DNA from: Octopus vulgaris
Taxonomy: Eukaryota
Direction of reading: 5' to 3'
Assembly (NCBI GenBank): GCA_951406725.2
Contig: OX597827.1
Location: forward strand, 61,256,001 to 61,320,000
DNA length: 64,000 nucleotides
Of the stretch, positions 1 to 13,097 are shown one piece after another. Position numbers and translations under genes: made by a program. The notes beneath the pieces were generated by a model. That model ran no database searches, was not told the origin of the DNA, and was given only the letters and a program-made list of their open reading frames with translations. Position 1 is the stretch's first letter; each line of letters starts with the position of its first letter.

Positions 1-274
1 TAATAAAAGGGTTCAACAAATCTTTGCTGAACCCTTTTATTATATATATATATATATATTTAAACCATTTCCTATTATTAATTCTAATATTTATAGCTTG
101 TACTAACATTATGTATATTATTTAACATTAAGGTTTTTAATATAAATTACTTAATGAGTATAAGATTTTATTTAAATTTTATTAAATAAATAAATTAATT
201 AATAATTTAATTTAATGTATATAGATTAAATTATAGTATTTAGTTTTCACTTAATGTATATTTTGGATTTTATC

Positions 275-305
<31 letters not shown>

Positions 306-436
306 TTGTTTTAAATATTTTAATTAATTGTATCTTATTTTTTATTCTATTTTTTTTATTTAAACAAGAATATATTTAAGATTATTTACGTATATTTATT
401 AATTTATCTATTTAACTATTTTATTGTTTTTATCTT

Positions 437-531
437 TAACCTGAAGAGTGGCTATATTTATATTGAAGGGATTTTACTATTATTATTACTATTGTCATTT
501 CTTAAATATAGCCATGAAACACGTGTTGTTA
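437..531 (+). ncRNA. Type I hammerhead ribozyme motif
   Basis: TAAC-CTGAAGA-GTGGCTATATTTA...TAAATATAGCCAT-GAAA-CACGTG-TT-GTTA; a paralogous 3' half near 38297 has a GUC triplet. Confidence 0.7.
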
Positions 532-719
532 TTCTACCAAATATGCACGTTTTATTTATTATTTTGCATATTGATTAATCATTGTTATATGTTTTATCTT
601 ATATTTAATCTTTCTATAATATGTAATTTTTCTAAATGGTATAAATTAATTTTTCATTATTGAATTGATAAAAGGTGTATTTTTTCTAATTTATATATAT
701 ATATATATATGTGTAGATT

Positions 720-2445
720 CTACTTCTTCTGCTCTGGACAACATGCAATCCTCTGAAATCTTTCGGGCTATCGCAGAACTGACCCATTAGGTTTTACGCA
801 TGCCCAGGAACTGTTCGTCTTCAAGGAATCATTTTGCAGGGAGGACAAGGTGCTGTTCCTTCTCATGCACACATGCACTTCCTGCTCCCTCAGTCTTCTG
901 GTACCACAGGAAGTTCAAGGACCAGGCTTAGAAATGTACACGGCCCTGTTCTTACTCTTCTCAGGGAAACTAGGCAGGGAGACACTAGGCATGTCTATCG
1001 TCTCCCCCATCAATTCACCCTACCGTGCATTCTTTATCAGATATGCAAAAATTCTTCAAAGTCCTTCATGGTGGATACGGGTGCCAACATAAGTATTTGG
1101 CCTCGATGGTTTACCTTCACCAATCCTAGTCTTTTGGACATCTCTCTCTACACAGTGAATCACTCTGCTATCAAAACCTATGAGCAAATCTCCCTCACCC
1201 TGGATTTCTCACCCCATAGGGATTTCAAATGGATTTTTGTCATCATGGACCTGCACTATCCTATTTTGGTGTGGATTTCTTACACCACTATTCTCTCAGT
1301 GTGGACGTAATAGGACACCAACTCATTGATGACACAACTTCACTCGCCGTCCCTGGAAAGGATTATTCTGTCCCCGTTGTGAGCCCTTCTTTTTTTCATG
1401 GCCGCTTCAGGTGACTCCTACCAACAGTTACTCGCTTCATTTCCAGAGTTGACTGATTTGTCATTTCATCCCTTAAATCCAGCCCATTCTACGAGACATT
1501 TCATCATGACCAAGGGACCTCCAGTCTTTTCCTGACTCAGCTGTTTGTCTCCAGAGAAACTCTGGATCGCCCAGGCTGAATTCAAGCACATGCTCCAGCT
1601 GGGACTCATTCGGCCCTCCACAAGCCTGTGGGGAGCACCGCTACAAATGACCAGGAAGAATGACGTTGATTTCCAACTGGATGGAGATTTTAGACGTCTT
1701 AACCCCATCACTATTGCGGATCGCTATCCTAATGTTCAGGATTTTTTGTCTGCCTTGCATGGCTGAAAGATTTTTTCTAAGATCGACTTGGTACGTGCAT
1801 ACCACCAGATCTCTGTCAACGATGTTCCAAAGACAGCGGTCACCATGTCTTTTGGAGCATTTGGATTCTTGTCTATGCCATTTGGACTTCGCAGTGCGGT
1901 TAGCACGTTCCAAAGGTTCATTGATGATATCATTCATGGGTTAGATTTTGTCTTTGTGTACATCGATGACCTTTTAATCACCAGTGGTACTCCAGACTAG
2001 CACCTCCAACACTTAACTCAGCTGTTCAAGCGCCTACATTCCTAGGCGCTTGAAGATCAACCTGGCTAAGTGTGTCTTCAGTTCTACCAGTTTGGTATTC
2101 TTGGGACATCTCATTGACATCAACGGTATTCGTCCACTTCCCTCTAAAGTGGAAGCCATCAAACGTTTGTCTCCTGTTTCCTTAAAACAGCTCAGAAATT
2201 TTATCGGTTTAATCAATCATTATCATCGCTTCATTCCTAAATGGGCAGAGAAGTATTTCCCTTGACCCAGCACTTGAAAGATCAAAAAATAGAAAGACGC
2301 CCAGATAATGTCTCCAACAGCCATCCAAGCTTTTGAATCTGTCAAAGCTGACCTTGCACAAGCATCCTTCCTCGCTCATCCTGTTCCAGATGCAAAATTA
2401 TCAATTGCTATTGATGCGTCATCATCTGCTGTAGGCGCAGTTTTT
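720..2445 (+). mobile_element. Degenerate Ty3/Gypsy LTR retrotransposon gag-pol fragment
   Basis: gag motif WYHRKFK..A.KC..PC; protease FMVDTGA; RT motifs MPFGL and YIDD; start of RNase H (IDAS); several stops and frameshifts. Confidence 0.9.
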
Positions 2446-2507
2446 TTATTCTTTTACTTGTTTTAGTCATTTGATTGTGGCCATACTGGAGCACCACCTT
2501 TTGTAAG

Positions 2508-2816
2508 ACAGAAGGAAAGAAAGAAAGAGGGAGAAAGAAAGACCGAAAGAAAGAAAGAGGGAGAAAGAAAGACCGAAAGAAAGAAAGAAAGAAAGAGGGA
2601 GAAAAAAAGAGAGAGAAAGGAAGAAATTTGGGAGGGAGGAAGGAAGGAAGGAAGGAAGGAAAGAAAAAGTGAGAAAGAAAGACCAAAAGAAAGAGGGAGA
2701 AAACGGAAAGAAAGAGGGAAAGAATGAAAGGAAGAAAGAGGGAGGGAGGGAGGGAGAAAGAAAGAACGAAAGAATGAAAGAAGAAAGACAGAAGGCTGGA
2801 AGGAATGATAGAAGGA

Positions 2817-2856
<40 letters not shown>

Positions 2857-3065
2857 AGGAAGGACTGAAGGAAAGAAAGAAGGATGGAAGGAAGAGAGGG
2901 AAGAAAGAAAGAACAAAAGAAAGAAAGAAAGAAAGAACAAAAGAGGGAGAAAGAAAGAAATAAGGAAGAAAAGAAGACATAGACAAAAAGAGAGGAACTA
3001 TTAGAGAAGGTGAGAGAGAATATAAGTAAACAAGAGAAGCAAGAGAATGAGAAAAGGGAGAGAAC
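2508..3065 (+). repeat. (GAAA/GGAA)n purine-rich low-complexity tract
   Basis: direct inspection. Confidence 0.95.
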
Positions 3066-3323
3066 CGGTTGAAAATTCAATTTTCTCTGTGTTGTGTTTT
3101 AAATTTACTATTCTTTCACACTTTTCTGAAACTTGTTGTAAGGTTACAGCTTGGTTTTTTGCCTTCAATTTTAATCCTAAATAAAAGCTTTTCAAATGCA
3201 ACAATATTTTATAAACAAACTAAACAAACTTATACACACACACACACACACACATGCATGCATGCATATGTGTATATAAGATACAAGGTGTAATATTAAC
3301 ATATTTTCAAATTGTCTTTGCAG

Positions 3324-3344
3324 ATATGTACGAAGACAATGGAT
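3324..3344 (+). CDS. Ferritin-like gene, 21-nt microexon (ICTKTMD), phase 0/0
   Basis: ttttcaaattgtctttgcag|ATATGTACGAAGACAATGGAT|gtgagt; strong acceptor and donor; joins the downstream exons in one open frame. Confidence 0.7.
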
Positions 3345-3507
3345 GTGAGTATAAACACGGAATACTTCAGCTTTTGTTTTTCACATTTATTCCTAAAAAA
3401 CATAAACAGAAATCAAGTAGATGAAAAAGAAATGAATGCTTTGGTTATAGTTATCAATATTCCCACAAATAACACTGTGTAACACTGTTGTATAACAGTT
3501 GAATGTT

Positions 3508-3566
<59 letters not shown>

Positions 3567-3701
3567 TAAATTAGAGATAAAACCACTATTAGGCAAATCA
3601 AACAATGAAAAACTTAAGCCAATACATAAAAATAATTAATTTATATTATTTTAAATATATATCAAAAGTATTAAAAATTTAATAAAAGATAATGAGTAAA
3701 A

Positions 3702-3770
3702 CACTACGATCGTTTCATGGCTGTCCAATTCGTAATAATTCGAGTTATAGTTACAGTCAATCTTCAGGTG
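3702..3770 (-). ncRNA. Type I hammerhead ribozyme motif
   Basis: on -: CAC-CTGAAGA-TTGACTGT...ACAGCCAT-GAAA-CGATCG-TA-GTG; stem II partly decayed. Confidence 0.65.
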
Positions 3771-4410
3771 ATTGAAATATTTATCTTAGCGAGGTTTATA
3801 TATATTGGTAAAAACGGTAAGATAACAAAAGAAAGAAAGAGACCTCGAAATTATGTAAATAGAGGACATTTATCTGTAAAATAATATGTGACAATTATTC
3901 AATAGCCAAGATAAAACTCTGAGTTTCGGATGCCGAGGTGGAAATCCACAACACAATCTTGCACTTTTATATTAGTAGCAGATTTATAACACAGTAATTT
4001 CACCTTTGTATAACGGTCTTTTTTCATAGCATTTTTCAGATGGCCAGATAACCGAAGAGATGGTGTTGTGGATTTCTACCTCAGCATCTGAAACTCAGAG
4101 TTTTATCTTGGCTATTGAATAATTGTCACATATTATTTTACAGATATATATATATATATATATGTATATATAGGCACCCTGTGTCACACAAATGGCACCC
4201 ATGTTGGTGGCACATGAAACTACTCATTACACTGTCAGAGTGGTAGGCATTAGGAAGGGCATCAAGCCATAGAAAACCATGCCAAATCTGACTGAAGTCT
4301 GGTGCAGCCTTCCAATGTGCCAGACCAATGAAACTGTCCAACCAACGCCAGCATGGACAATGGACGTTAAATGACGATGATGATGATATATTTTTAGGTA
4401 CATGTATGTA

Positions 4411-4977
4411 TTGGGTTGTCGAGAAAGTTCGTGCCGATTTATAGTAGCTTACCTTTTGACTTATTTTAGAACATGCTTGAGTCCATAAAAGAGTATTTGA
4501 CTACACCTCCATTTAGAGCACAGTTCAAGCTATCTTTTCGTGGAAAGAGGTTTATGTTCCTATAACCTGTGTTAATTCTGTAACCCTTTAAATTGGAAAA
4601 TAAGAAAGTTCACTTTCGGCACTTGATACTTTGGGAACCAGACAAAAATTGCTGCAGCTCGGCTGGGATGCGTTACCCTCACTCTCCATACTCACCAGAT
4701 GTTGCTCCTTCAGATTTCCACTTATTCAGGTCTCTGCAGAATAGTCTTAATGGGAAAAATTTCAATTCCTTGGATGATGTAAAAAAATACCTTGATGAAT
4801 TCTTTACCATAAAATCCCCTCAATTCTGGGAAGAGTGTATTTTCAAGTTAAAGGAAAGATGAAGACACATTGTGCAACAAAATGGCTCATATTTGGTTGA
4901 TTAAAAATGTAATGGCAAATATTTATTGACCTTTTTCTTTCCTTTAAAAATCGGCATGAACTTTCCGGACAAACCAA
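4411..4977 (+). mobile_element. Internally deleted mariner transposon
   Basis: about 30-bp TIRs (TTGGGTTGTC...GCCGATTT) with TA flanks; N-terminal HFRHLILW fused to C-terminal PYSPDVAPSDFHLF; isolated TIR near 57765. Confidence 0.9.
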
Positions 4978-5097
4978 TATATTTGTGTATGTGCTTGTAT
5001 ATGTGCATGTGCGTGTGTATAAAAATGAAAATAAAATAAAATAAAAAATTAATGAGTGTTGTATATATATATATATATATATATATATAATGAGTGT

Positions 5098-5138
<41 letters not shown>

Positions 5139-5427
5139 ATGTATCAAAATAATTCAACAGTGTAGCAGTGTCACACAACACCACCCCAACTTGGTTAAGG
5201 GATCTTCTCTTTCAAAATATTTGGTTAATTCATTGCTGTTGGTGTCATGTGAAAATCACCCACTACACCCCATAAAGTGGTTGGCATTAGGAGGGGTATC
5301 CATTTTGAGAAAGAATGCCGAAGCCGACAGCAAAGCTTTTGAGTTGCAAGCTCCTGTGAAGGAGTCCACCCAGGTCAACATGGAATGAAGACGTTAAATA
5401 ATGATAACACAATGATATATACATACT

Positions 5428-5463
<36 letters not shown>

Positions 5464-5507
5464 AATGTATCTGTAAATGTAATATGTGACAATTATTCGG
5501 TAGCCAT

Positions 5508-5568
5508 GATAAAACTCCGATTTTCGGATGCCGAGGTGGAAATCCACGCCACCCTCTCTTCAGTTATC
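5508..5568 (-). ncRNA. Type I hammerhead-like motif (variant; second copy on + at 4047-4107 has a CCGAAGA core)
   Basis: on -: GATAA-CTGAAGA-...-GAAA-ATCGGAG-TT-TTATC; stem I extends as GCCA/TGGC. Confidence 0.6.
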
Positions 5569-5662
5569 TGGCCATCAGAAAAATACTATATTTACAGATA
5601 AATTCCTCTATTTACATAATATCGAGGTTTCTTTCATTCTTTTGTTGTCTTACCATTTTTAT

Positions 5663-5707
<45 letters not shown>

Positions 5708-6153
5708 CTCGCAAGTGCCCCATTGAACACATAATTTACTGCACAAGTTTATAATCTTTATTTAGTTCTTTCGTGTTTAGTTTATTAAATGTTTTGAGAT
5801 CTAAGCGATATAAAATTCCCATTTTATTAGCAGGTACCAAATTTCTAGGAGAATGTGTTTAGCTTCATAATTACGTCCTTTAATTTCCATAGGTTATTGT
5901 TCTGTTCTACCCGATGTTCTGGTCTGTAAAGCGCAGAACATCTAGTTGAGTGCTTTACCATTAAGCTAAATGGCTCCTGACAAGAATTACCATCAATTTT
6001 ACTGCTAAGTAATAGCTTTTCAAATGCAACAACGTTTTATAAACAAACTAAACAAACCTATACACACACACACATGCACATACTCACTTGCATGTACATG
6101 TGTATATAAGATACAAGGTGCAATATTAACATATTTTCAATTTGTCTTTGCAG

Positions 6154-6174
6154 TTGAAGGGAGCCGAAAAGCAT
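6154..6174 (+). CDS. Ferritin-like gene, 21-nt microexon (LKGAEKH), phase 0/0
   Basis: tttgtctttgcag|TTGAAGGGAGCCGAAAAGCAT|gtaagt; upstream intron paralogous to those of the 3324 and 10084 exons. Confidence 0.7.
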
Positions 6175-6223
6175 GTAAGTATAAAATGGACTTTACATTT
6201 AGAGAAACTATCAACTACCTCTG

Positions 6224-6344
<121 letters not shown>

Positions 6345-6385
6345 TTATGTATACACATACATACATATATGTATGTAATACCGTA

Positions 6386-8158
6386 ATACCTAGCCAAATA
6401 CCTAGCCAAAGATAAAACTCTGTACCTGGCTTTCGTTGACTTGGAGAAAGCCTTTGACAGGGTCCCCCATTCCCATATCTGGTGGTCAATGAGGAAACTA
6501 GGGATAGATGAATGGTTAGTGAGAGCTGTGCGTGCCATGTACAGGGACGCTGTTAGTAAGGTGAGGGTTGGCAACGAGTACAGTGAAGAATTCCAGGTGG
6601 AGGTTGGGGTCCACCAAGGCTGAGTCCTCAGCCCCCTCCTATTTATCATAGTCCTCCAGGCAATAACGGAGGAATTCAAGACAGGATGCCCCTGGGAGCT
6701 CCTCTATGCTAATGACCTTGCTCCAACTGCTGAATCACTATCAGAACTCGAGGAGAAGTTTCAGGCGTGGAAGCAAGGATTAGAATCAAAGGGCCTTAGA
6801 GTCAATCTAGCTAAAACCAAAGTCCTAATAAGTAGGAAGGTAGACAAATCTCAAACGCCTTCTGGTAGATGGCCCTGCTCAATCTGTAGAAAAGGCGTAG
6901 GTAGGAACTCTATAAGATGCACCAAGTGTAAGCTATGGACACATAAGAGGTGCAGCAATGTCAAAGGAAGGCTAACTAGGAAGATGGTTTTTGTATGTGG
7001 CAGATGCTTAGGAACAATAAACACTGAAAATGCTCTGAGACCAACTTCTGTCACTTTCCAGAGAGAAAAACTAGAAATAGTTGATAGCTTCCGTTACCTA
7101 GGTGACCAAGTCAGCAGCGGGAGTGGGTGTGCCGAAAATGTAACTGCTAAAGTAAGAATAGCTTGGGCAAAGTTCAGAGAGCTCTTACCTCTGCTGGTGA
7201 CAAAAGGCCTCTCGCTCAGAGTAAAAGGCAGACTGTATGACGCTTGTGTGCGAACAGCCATGCTATATGGCAGTGAAACATGAGCCGTGACTGCTGAGGA
7301 TATGCGTAAGCTCGCAAGAAATGAAGCCAGTATGCTCCGATGGATGTGTAATGTCAGTGTTCATACCCGACAGAGTGTAAGTGCCTTGAGAGAAAAGTTG
7401 GACCTAAGAAGCATCAGATGTGGTGTGCAAGAGAGGCGTCTATGCTGGTATGGACACATAGTAAGAATGGATGAAGATAGTTGTGTGAAAAAGTGCCACA
7501 CCCTAGCGGTTGAGGGAACCTGTGGAAGAGGTAGACACAGGAAAACCTGGTATGAGGTGGTGAAGAATGACCTTCGCTCTTTAGGTCTCACCGAGGAAAT
7601 GACCAGAAACCAAGACCTTTGGAAGTATGCTGTGCGCGAGAAGACCCGACAGGACAAGTGAGGCCATAACCCATGGCCCCTACCTGGGACGTAGTCAGTC
7701 CACCTGTGCATACCTTCCTTCTTGGAACACATAACTCTTCTTGTGAAGACCTGTTGAGGCAAGTGAAAATCAAAAATCAAAGAATCAAATCAAAATCGAT
7801 GAACATCAATGGAATTTGTAGTTCTGTGGTACCAGTGCCGGTGACACATAAGAAAACCATCCGAACGTGGCCGTAGCCAGTACCGCATTGACTGGCCTCC
7901 GTGCTGGTGGCACGTAAAAACGCCATCCGAGCGTGGCCGTTCGCCAGCCTCGTCTGACATCTGTGTCGGTGGCACATAAAAAGCACCCACTACACTCATG
8001 GAGTGGTTGGCGTTAGGAAGGGCATCCAGCTGTAGAAACACTGCCAGATCAGACTGGTCTGGTGCAGCCTTTGGGCTTCCCAGACCCCAGTTGAACCGTC
8101 CAACCCATGCTAGCATGGAAAGCGGACGTTAAACGATGATGATGATGATGATGATGAT
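6386..8158 (+). mobile_element. 5'-truncated RTE-clade LINE (RT with Cys-rich insert, 3' UTR, (GAT)n tail)
   Basis: [44 protein letters not shown]; in-frame stops; 3' tail recurs near 4190, 12460, 19170, 22745, 35170, 36030 and 63600. Confidence 0.92.
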
Positions 8159-8171
8159 ATGTATATATGTA

Positions 8172-8215
<44 letters not shown>

Positions 8216-8360
8216 AATATATATATATGTATATATATATATATGTATGTATATATATATATATATGTATATATGTATACATGTATATCTATATACATAT
8301 ACATTATATATATTATATATACATGTATATATAAATATATATATCTGCACACATATATAG

Positions 8361-8397
<37 letters not shown>

Positions 8398-9308
8398 CAG
8401 GGCATCATCGACTTACGGCCATAACTGGTTCCAACTGACTGTCATAAGTTGATGAGGTTGTAAGTTAGCCTTTAGGCCTACATAGCTTTGTTTTATATTT
8501 TTACATTCTTAAGAAACATTCTGAGGTAAAAGTCATGCAAAGCATTCAGTATTATACCATTACACTGGCATTACTCAAAAATTTCGGAGTCTCAAGCAGT
8601 TGTCTTATAAACAATTATGTTTATATGTAAGTAAATCCCTAGAAGGGATTTACTTGTAAGTAAATCCCTAGAAGATCAGTGATCTGTGCAGAATCATTCA
8701 ATCCCATGGTAATATCAAAATTATTATGTCTATATTTTCTAGTTCACAGTTTATTGTTAAGTTCAATAAGTGTTTTCCTTGCTGCTAGGATATTATTTAT
8801 CTAATTTCTGGTGAGATTAGAATTTTCATAGCAAATATTAGAGCTTTATGAAGGAGAATAGGAGAGATAGAATGACACTAACTATGAAAGTCAAATTGCT
8901 AGAATTTAATATTCTTTTAATCTATAAAGTTATCAAACCAGTTAATTAATTTTATAGTATTAGATCACAGGTTTATTAGATCTCTGTTTATACTAACCGA
9001 TGTCATCTTATTTATAGTGACTAGCACATACCACTCGTCATGTGGGAGGGATGTACCATAATTACTTTTATCCCTACAACACTACCACCCCAACCTGATT
9101 GCAGGATCTTCTCTTCCAAGGTATTTGGTTAATTCATTGCTGTTGGTTTCATGAAAAAAATCACCCACTACACTCCATAAAGTGTTTGGGATTACGAGGG
9201 GCAACAATCCAGAGAAAGAATGCCAGAGCTGATAACAAAGCTTTTGAGTTGCTAGCTCTTATGAAGCTGGTCAACATGGAAGGAGGATGTTAAATGACGA
9301 TAACACAA

Positions 9309-9346
<38 letters not shown>

Positions 9347-9401
9347 TCATATCATCATCATCATCATTTAGCATTCGTTTTCCATGCTAGCATGGGTTGG
9401 A

Positions 9402-9443
<42 letters not shown>

Positions 9444-9648
9444 ATCCAAACAAGAAAGCACAAAAAAACACAACAACGCGAGGACGTGGAACAAATATAG
9501 TATTATTGGACGCTCAGGAAAGAAGGAAAAGAGGAGGGTTTAACGTTTCGAGCAGAGCTCTTCGTTGGAAACATAGGAGAAGGAAAGATCCAGAGAAGGG
9601 AAGACAGAGGAAAAAAATCGCCAACGGTACACACGAGGTCACATTTTG

Positions 9649-9690
<42 letters not shown>

Positions 9691-9943
9691 CAGGCAAGAA
9701 AGTAAATTTCAAACACAATAAAGCTGTAAGAACAGCAGAGAAAAATTGGGTAATTACTCTTACACAACAGAAAAATAAGTTGACAATAGACAGCTATGGA
9801 AAGGAACCTGTTCCCTTCAGATAATAATTCAGTGCTTCACCATTAAGCAAAATGGCTCCTGACAACAATTACCATCAATTTTAATGCTAAATATTAGCTT
9901 TTCAACTGCAACAACATTTTATAAACAAACTAAACAAATTTAT

Positions 9944-9999
<56 letters not shown>

Positions 10000-10083
10000 T
10001 CACACACACACACACACATACACACACATATGCATGCACATGTGTAAATAAGATACTAACATATTTTCAAATTATCTTTGCAG

Positions 10084-10098
10084 ATGTGTCATACATAC
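10084..10098 (+). CDS. Ferritin-like gene, 15-nt microexon (MCHTY), phase 0/0
   Basis: attatctttgcag|ATGTGTCATACATAC|gtaagt; both flanks paralogous to those of the 3324 exon. Confidence 0.7.
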
Positions 10099-10218
10099 GT
10101 AAGTATAAATTTGGAATACTTCAATTTTTCTTTTTCACATTTATTCATGAAATGCATAAATACAAACCAACTAGATGAAAAAGAAAAGAATGTTTGGGCT
10201 GATAATGTTAACTGCATA

Positions 10219-10603
10219 GTGGAGGCGCAATGGCCCAGTGGTTAGGGCAGCGGACTCGCGGTCATAGGATCGCAGTTTCGATTCCCAGACCGGGCGTTAT
10301 GTGTGTTTATTGAGCGAAAACACCTAAAGCTCCACGAGGCTCCGGCAGGGGATGGTGGTGATCCCTGCTGTATTCTTTCACCACAACTTTCTCTCGCTCT
10401 TACTTCCTGTTTCTGTTGTACCTGTATTTCAAGGGGCCGGCCTTGTCACTCTCTGTGTCACGCTGAATATCCCCGAGAACTACGTTAAGGGTACACGTGT
10501 CTGTGGAGTGCTCAGCCACTTACACGTTAATTTCACGAGCAGGCTGTTCCGTTGATTCGGATCAATCGGAACCCTCGTCGTCGTAACCGACGGAGTGCTT
10601 CCC
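10219..10603 (+). mobile_element. tRNA-derived SINE (resembles octopus OR-type); relatives near 29060-29240 on -, 51510-51700 and 60697
   Basis: A box TGGCCCAGTGG, B box GTTTCGATTCC; absent from the paralogous intron copy near 3450. Confidence 0.8.
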
Positions 10604-10924
10604 TAGATATCAATACCCCCACAAATAACGCAGTGTAACATGAGTTTTGTCTTTGGGTAGCGACTTTTATTCCCTATTTGCTCACTCCTAGATGTATGAA
10701 AAATGGCTTATGTTTCCTTCAAACTTTGTGCTTGTTGTAATATTTATTCCAAGCCCCCAAAAATCCCTCTCAAACACATGGCTGTGATGCTCCCACACTA
10801 CACCTGCTCATCATCAGAGATACACATATTGTCAGCCACTAAGGGACATGCTCAAGTGGTTAAGGTCAAGCTATTGAGAAGCAAATCTGGGGTACTGAGC
10901 AGAATATTTGCTACAATGCTAGTT

Positions 10925-10928
10925 CTGC

Positions 10929-10964
<36 letters not shown>

Positions 10965-11152
10965 CGCCACCACCACCACCACCACCACCACCACCACCAC
11001 CACCACCACCACTACCAGCACCAGCACCACCAGCACCAGCACCAGCACCACCACCTTAACCACCACCACCACCACCACCACCACCACCACCACCACCACC
11101 ACCACCACTACCACCACCACAATTACTACTACTACTACTACTACTACTACTA
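10925..11152 (+). repeat. (CTA/CCA)n compound microsatellite
   Basis: direct inspection. Confidence 0.95.
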
Positions 11153-11237
11153 CATACTTAATTTTCACACAACCAATATGTAGATATTGTTCATTGAGTG
11201 ATTACAGCAATAAAATAAATTATATCATTTCTTACAG

Positions 11238-11282
11238 ATCAAGGCAATTAAAACAGCAATGCTAAAATTTTATAAATGCAAG
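11238..11282 (+). CDS. Ferritin-like gene, 45-nt exon (IKAIKTAMLKFYKCK), phase 0/0
   Basis: catttcttacag|ATC...AAG|gtaagt; frame open. Confidence 0.7.
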
Positions 11283-11354
11283 GTAAGTGTAATTAATTTA
11301 AATAATGCTTTGTTACCTATTGTTCTCTCTGTCTTTGAATTCCTATCATATTTT

Positions 11355-11895
11355 ATGTATGTATGTATGTATGTATGTATGTATGTATGTATGTATGTAT
11401 GTATGTATGTATGTATGCATGTATGTATGTATGCATGTATGTATGTATATGTGTGCATGTATGTATGTATATATGTATGCATGTATGCATGCATGTATGT
11501 ATGCATGCATGTATGCATGCATGTATGTATGCATGTATGTATGTATGCATGCATGTATGCATGCATGTATGTATGTATGTATGCATGCATTTATGTATGT
11601 ATGTATGCATGTATGTATGCATGTATGTATGTATGTATGCATGCATGTATGTATGCATGTATTTATGTATGCATGTATGTACGTATGTATGTATGTATGT
11701 ATGTATGCATGTATGTATGCATGTATATATGTATATATGCCTGTATGTATGTATGCATGTATGTATTTATGTATGTATGTATGTATGTATGCATGCATGC
11801 ATGTATGTATGTATGTATGCATGCATGTATGTATGTATATATGTATGTATGCATGCATGTATGTATATATGTATATATGCATGTATGTATGTATG

Positions 11896-11929
<34 letters not shown>

Positions 11930-12141
11930 TGTATGTATGTATGCATGTATGTATGTATGTATGTATGTATGTATGCATGCATGTATGTATGTATGTATGC
12001 ATGTATGTACGTATGTATGTATGCATGTACGTACGTATGCATGTATGTATGTATGTATGTATGTATGTATGCATACATGTATGTATGTACGCATGCATGC
12101 ATGTATGTATGTATGTATGCATGCATGCATGTATGTATGTA
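11355..12141 (+). repeat. (ATGT/ATGC)n microsatellite
   Basis: direct inspection. Confidence 0.95.
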
Positions 12142-12950
12142 TAATGATGGTGGATAATCTTGGCCTTTTTGACTATTTTAGAAATGTGGGCCAACCAGCA
12201 TGGATCAGTGTTAACAATAATGTATAAATCATCTGATTTATTAATGTTGGTATTGTGGAAGGAGCAGAAAAAGTTTGGGTTTTTCCTTCCAAAATGTATA
12301 GTGGTGCATTCATATACAGTCAGCTTGAGCTGCCTATCAGCAATCCATTGCTGTTCTGTGTCAAAATCACATTGCCAGAAAGATCTATAGTATATAGGAT
12401 CCATTCTAATGTTATCTGGGAATTTTAACACAGAAGCATGCTTCAATTTGCATCTCTTTCAGAACACCATCCGAGCGTGATTGCTGTGATCGTTGCCAGA
12501 GCAGCCAACTGGCTTCCGTACCTGTGGCACGTAAAAGGGCACCATTCGAGCGTGATAGTTACCAATGTCGCTTCACTGGCACCTGTGTCGGTGGCACGTG
12601 TAAAAAGATTCGAGCGAGGTCATTGCCAGTACCGCCTGACTGGCCCCTGTGCATGTGGCATGTAAAAAGCACCCACTACACTCTCGGAGTGGTTGGCATT
12701 AGGAAGGGCATCCAGCTGTAGAAACTCTGCCAGATCAAGACTGGAGCCTGGTGCAGCCATCTGGTTGCCAGCCCTCAGTCAAAACCGTCCAACCCATGCT
12801 AGCATGGAAAACGGACGTTAAACGATGATGATGATGATGAATAAACAACAGGAGATTGAGAACAGATCCCTGTGGGGTACCCAATGTCATCATATAAAGA
12901 GTAGAACGTTGTCCTAGCTAACTTTTAGCACACTTAGGCACATCTTGCTG
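12140..12950 (-). mobile_element. Degenerate CR1-like RT fragment interrupted by an RTE tail
   Basis: GVPQGSVL near 12860-12885; QQWIADRQLKL...IHFGRKNP. Confidence 0.6.
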
Positions 12951-13097
12951 TTGTACAAGTTTTCTCCCCTGTAACTGCAGGGACATTGTATTACATTGAG
13001 AGGGGAGAAAACACATATGGTGTCATGATGTGTTTACAGCATGCTAAAGGTTAATATCTTTATTTTTTTTTTTTTGTATTTTGTATTTTATATTGCA

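Noticed and set aside
1-42. Hairpin at the window edge (TAATAAAAGGGTTCA...TGAACCCTTTTATTA)
   Set aside because: Cut by the window boundary and adjacent to (TA)n; probably a repeat terminus, cannot be interpreted
10219-10295. tRNA-Arg-like gene (also heads near 29240, 51510, 54767)
   Set aside because: No closed acceptor stem, and each continues into a repeated body; these are SINE heads
11259-12446. Long ORFs of 260-366 aa (MYVC/HTYI repeats)
   Set aside because: Translations of an (ATGT)n microsatellite; only 11238-11282 is a plausible exon
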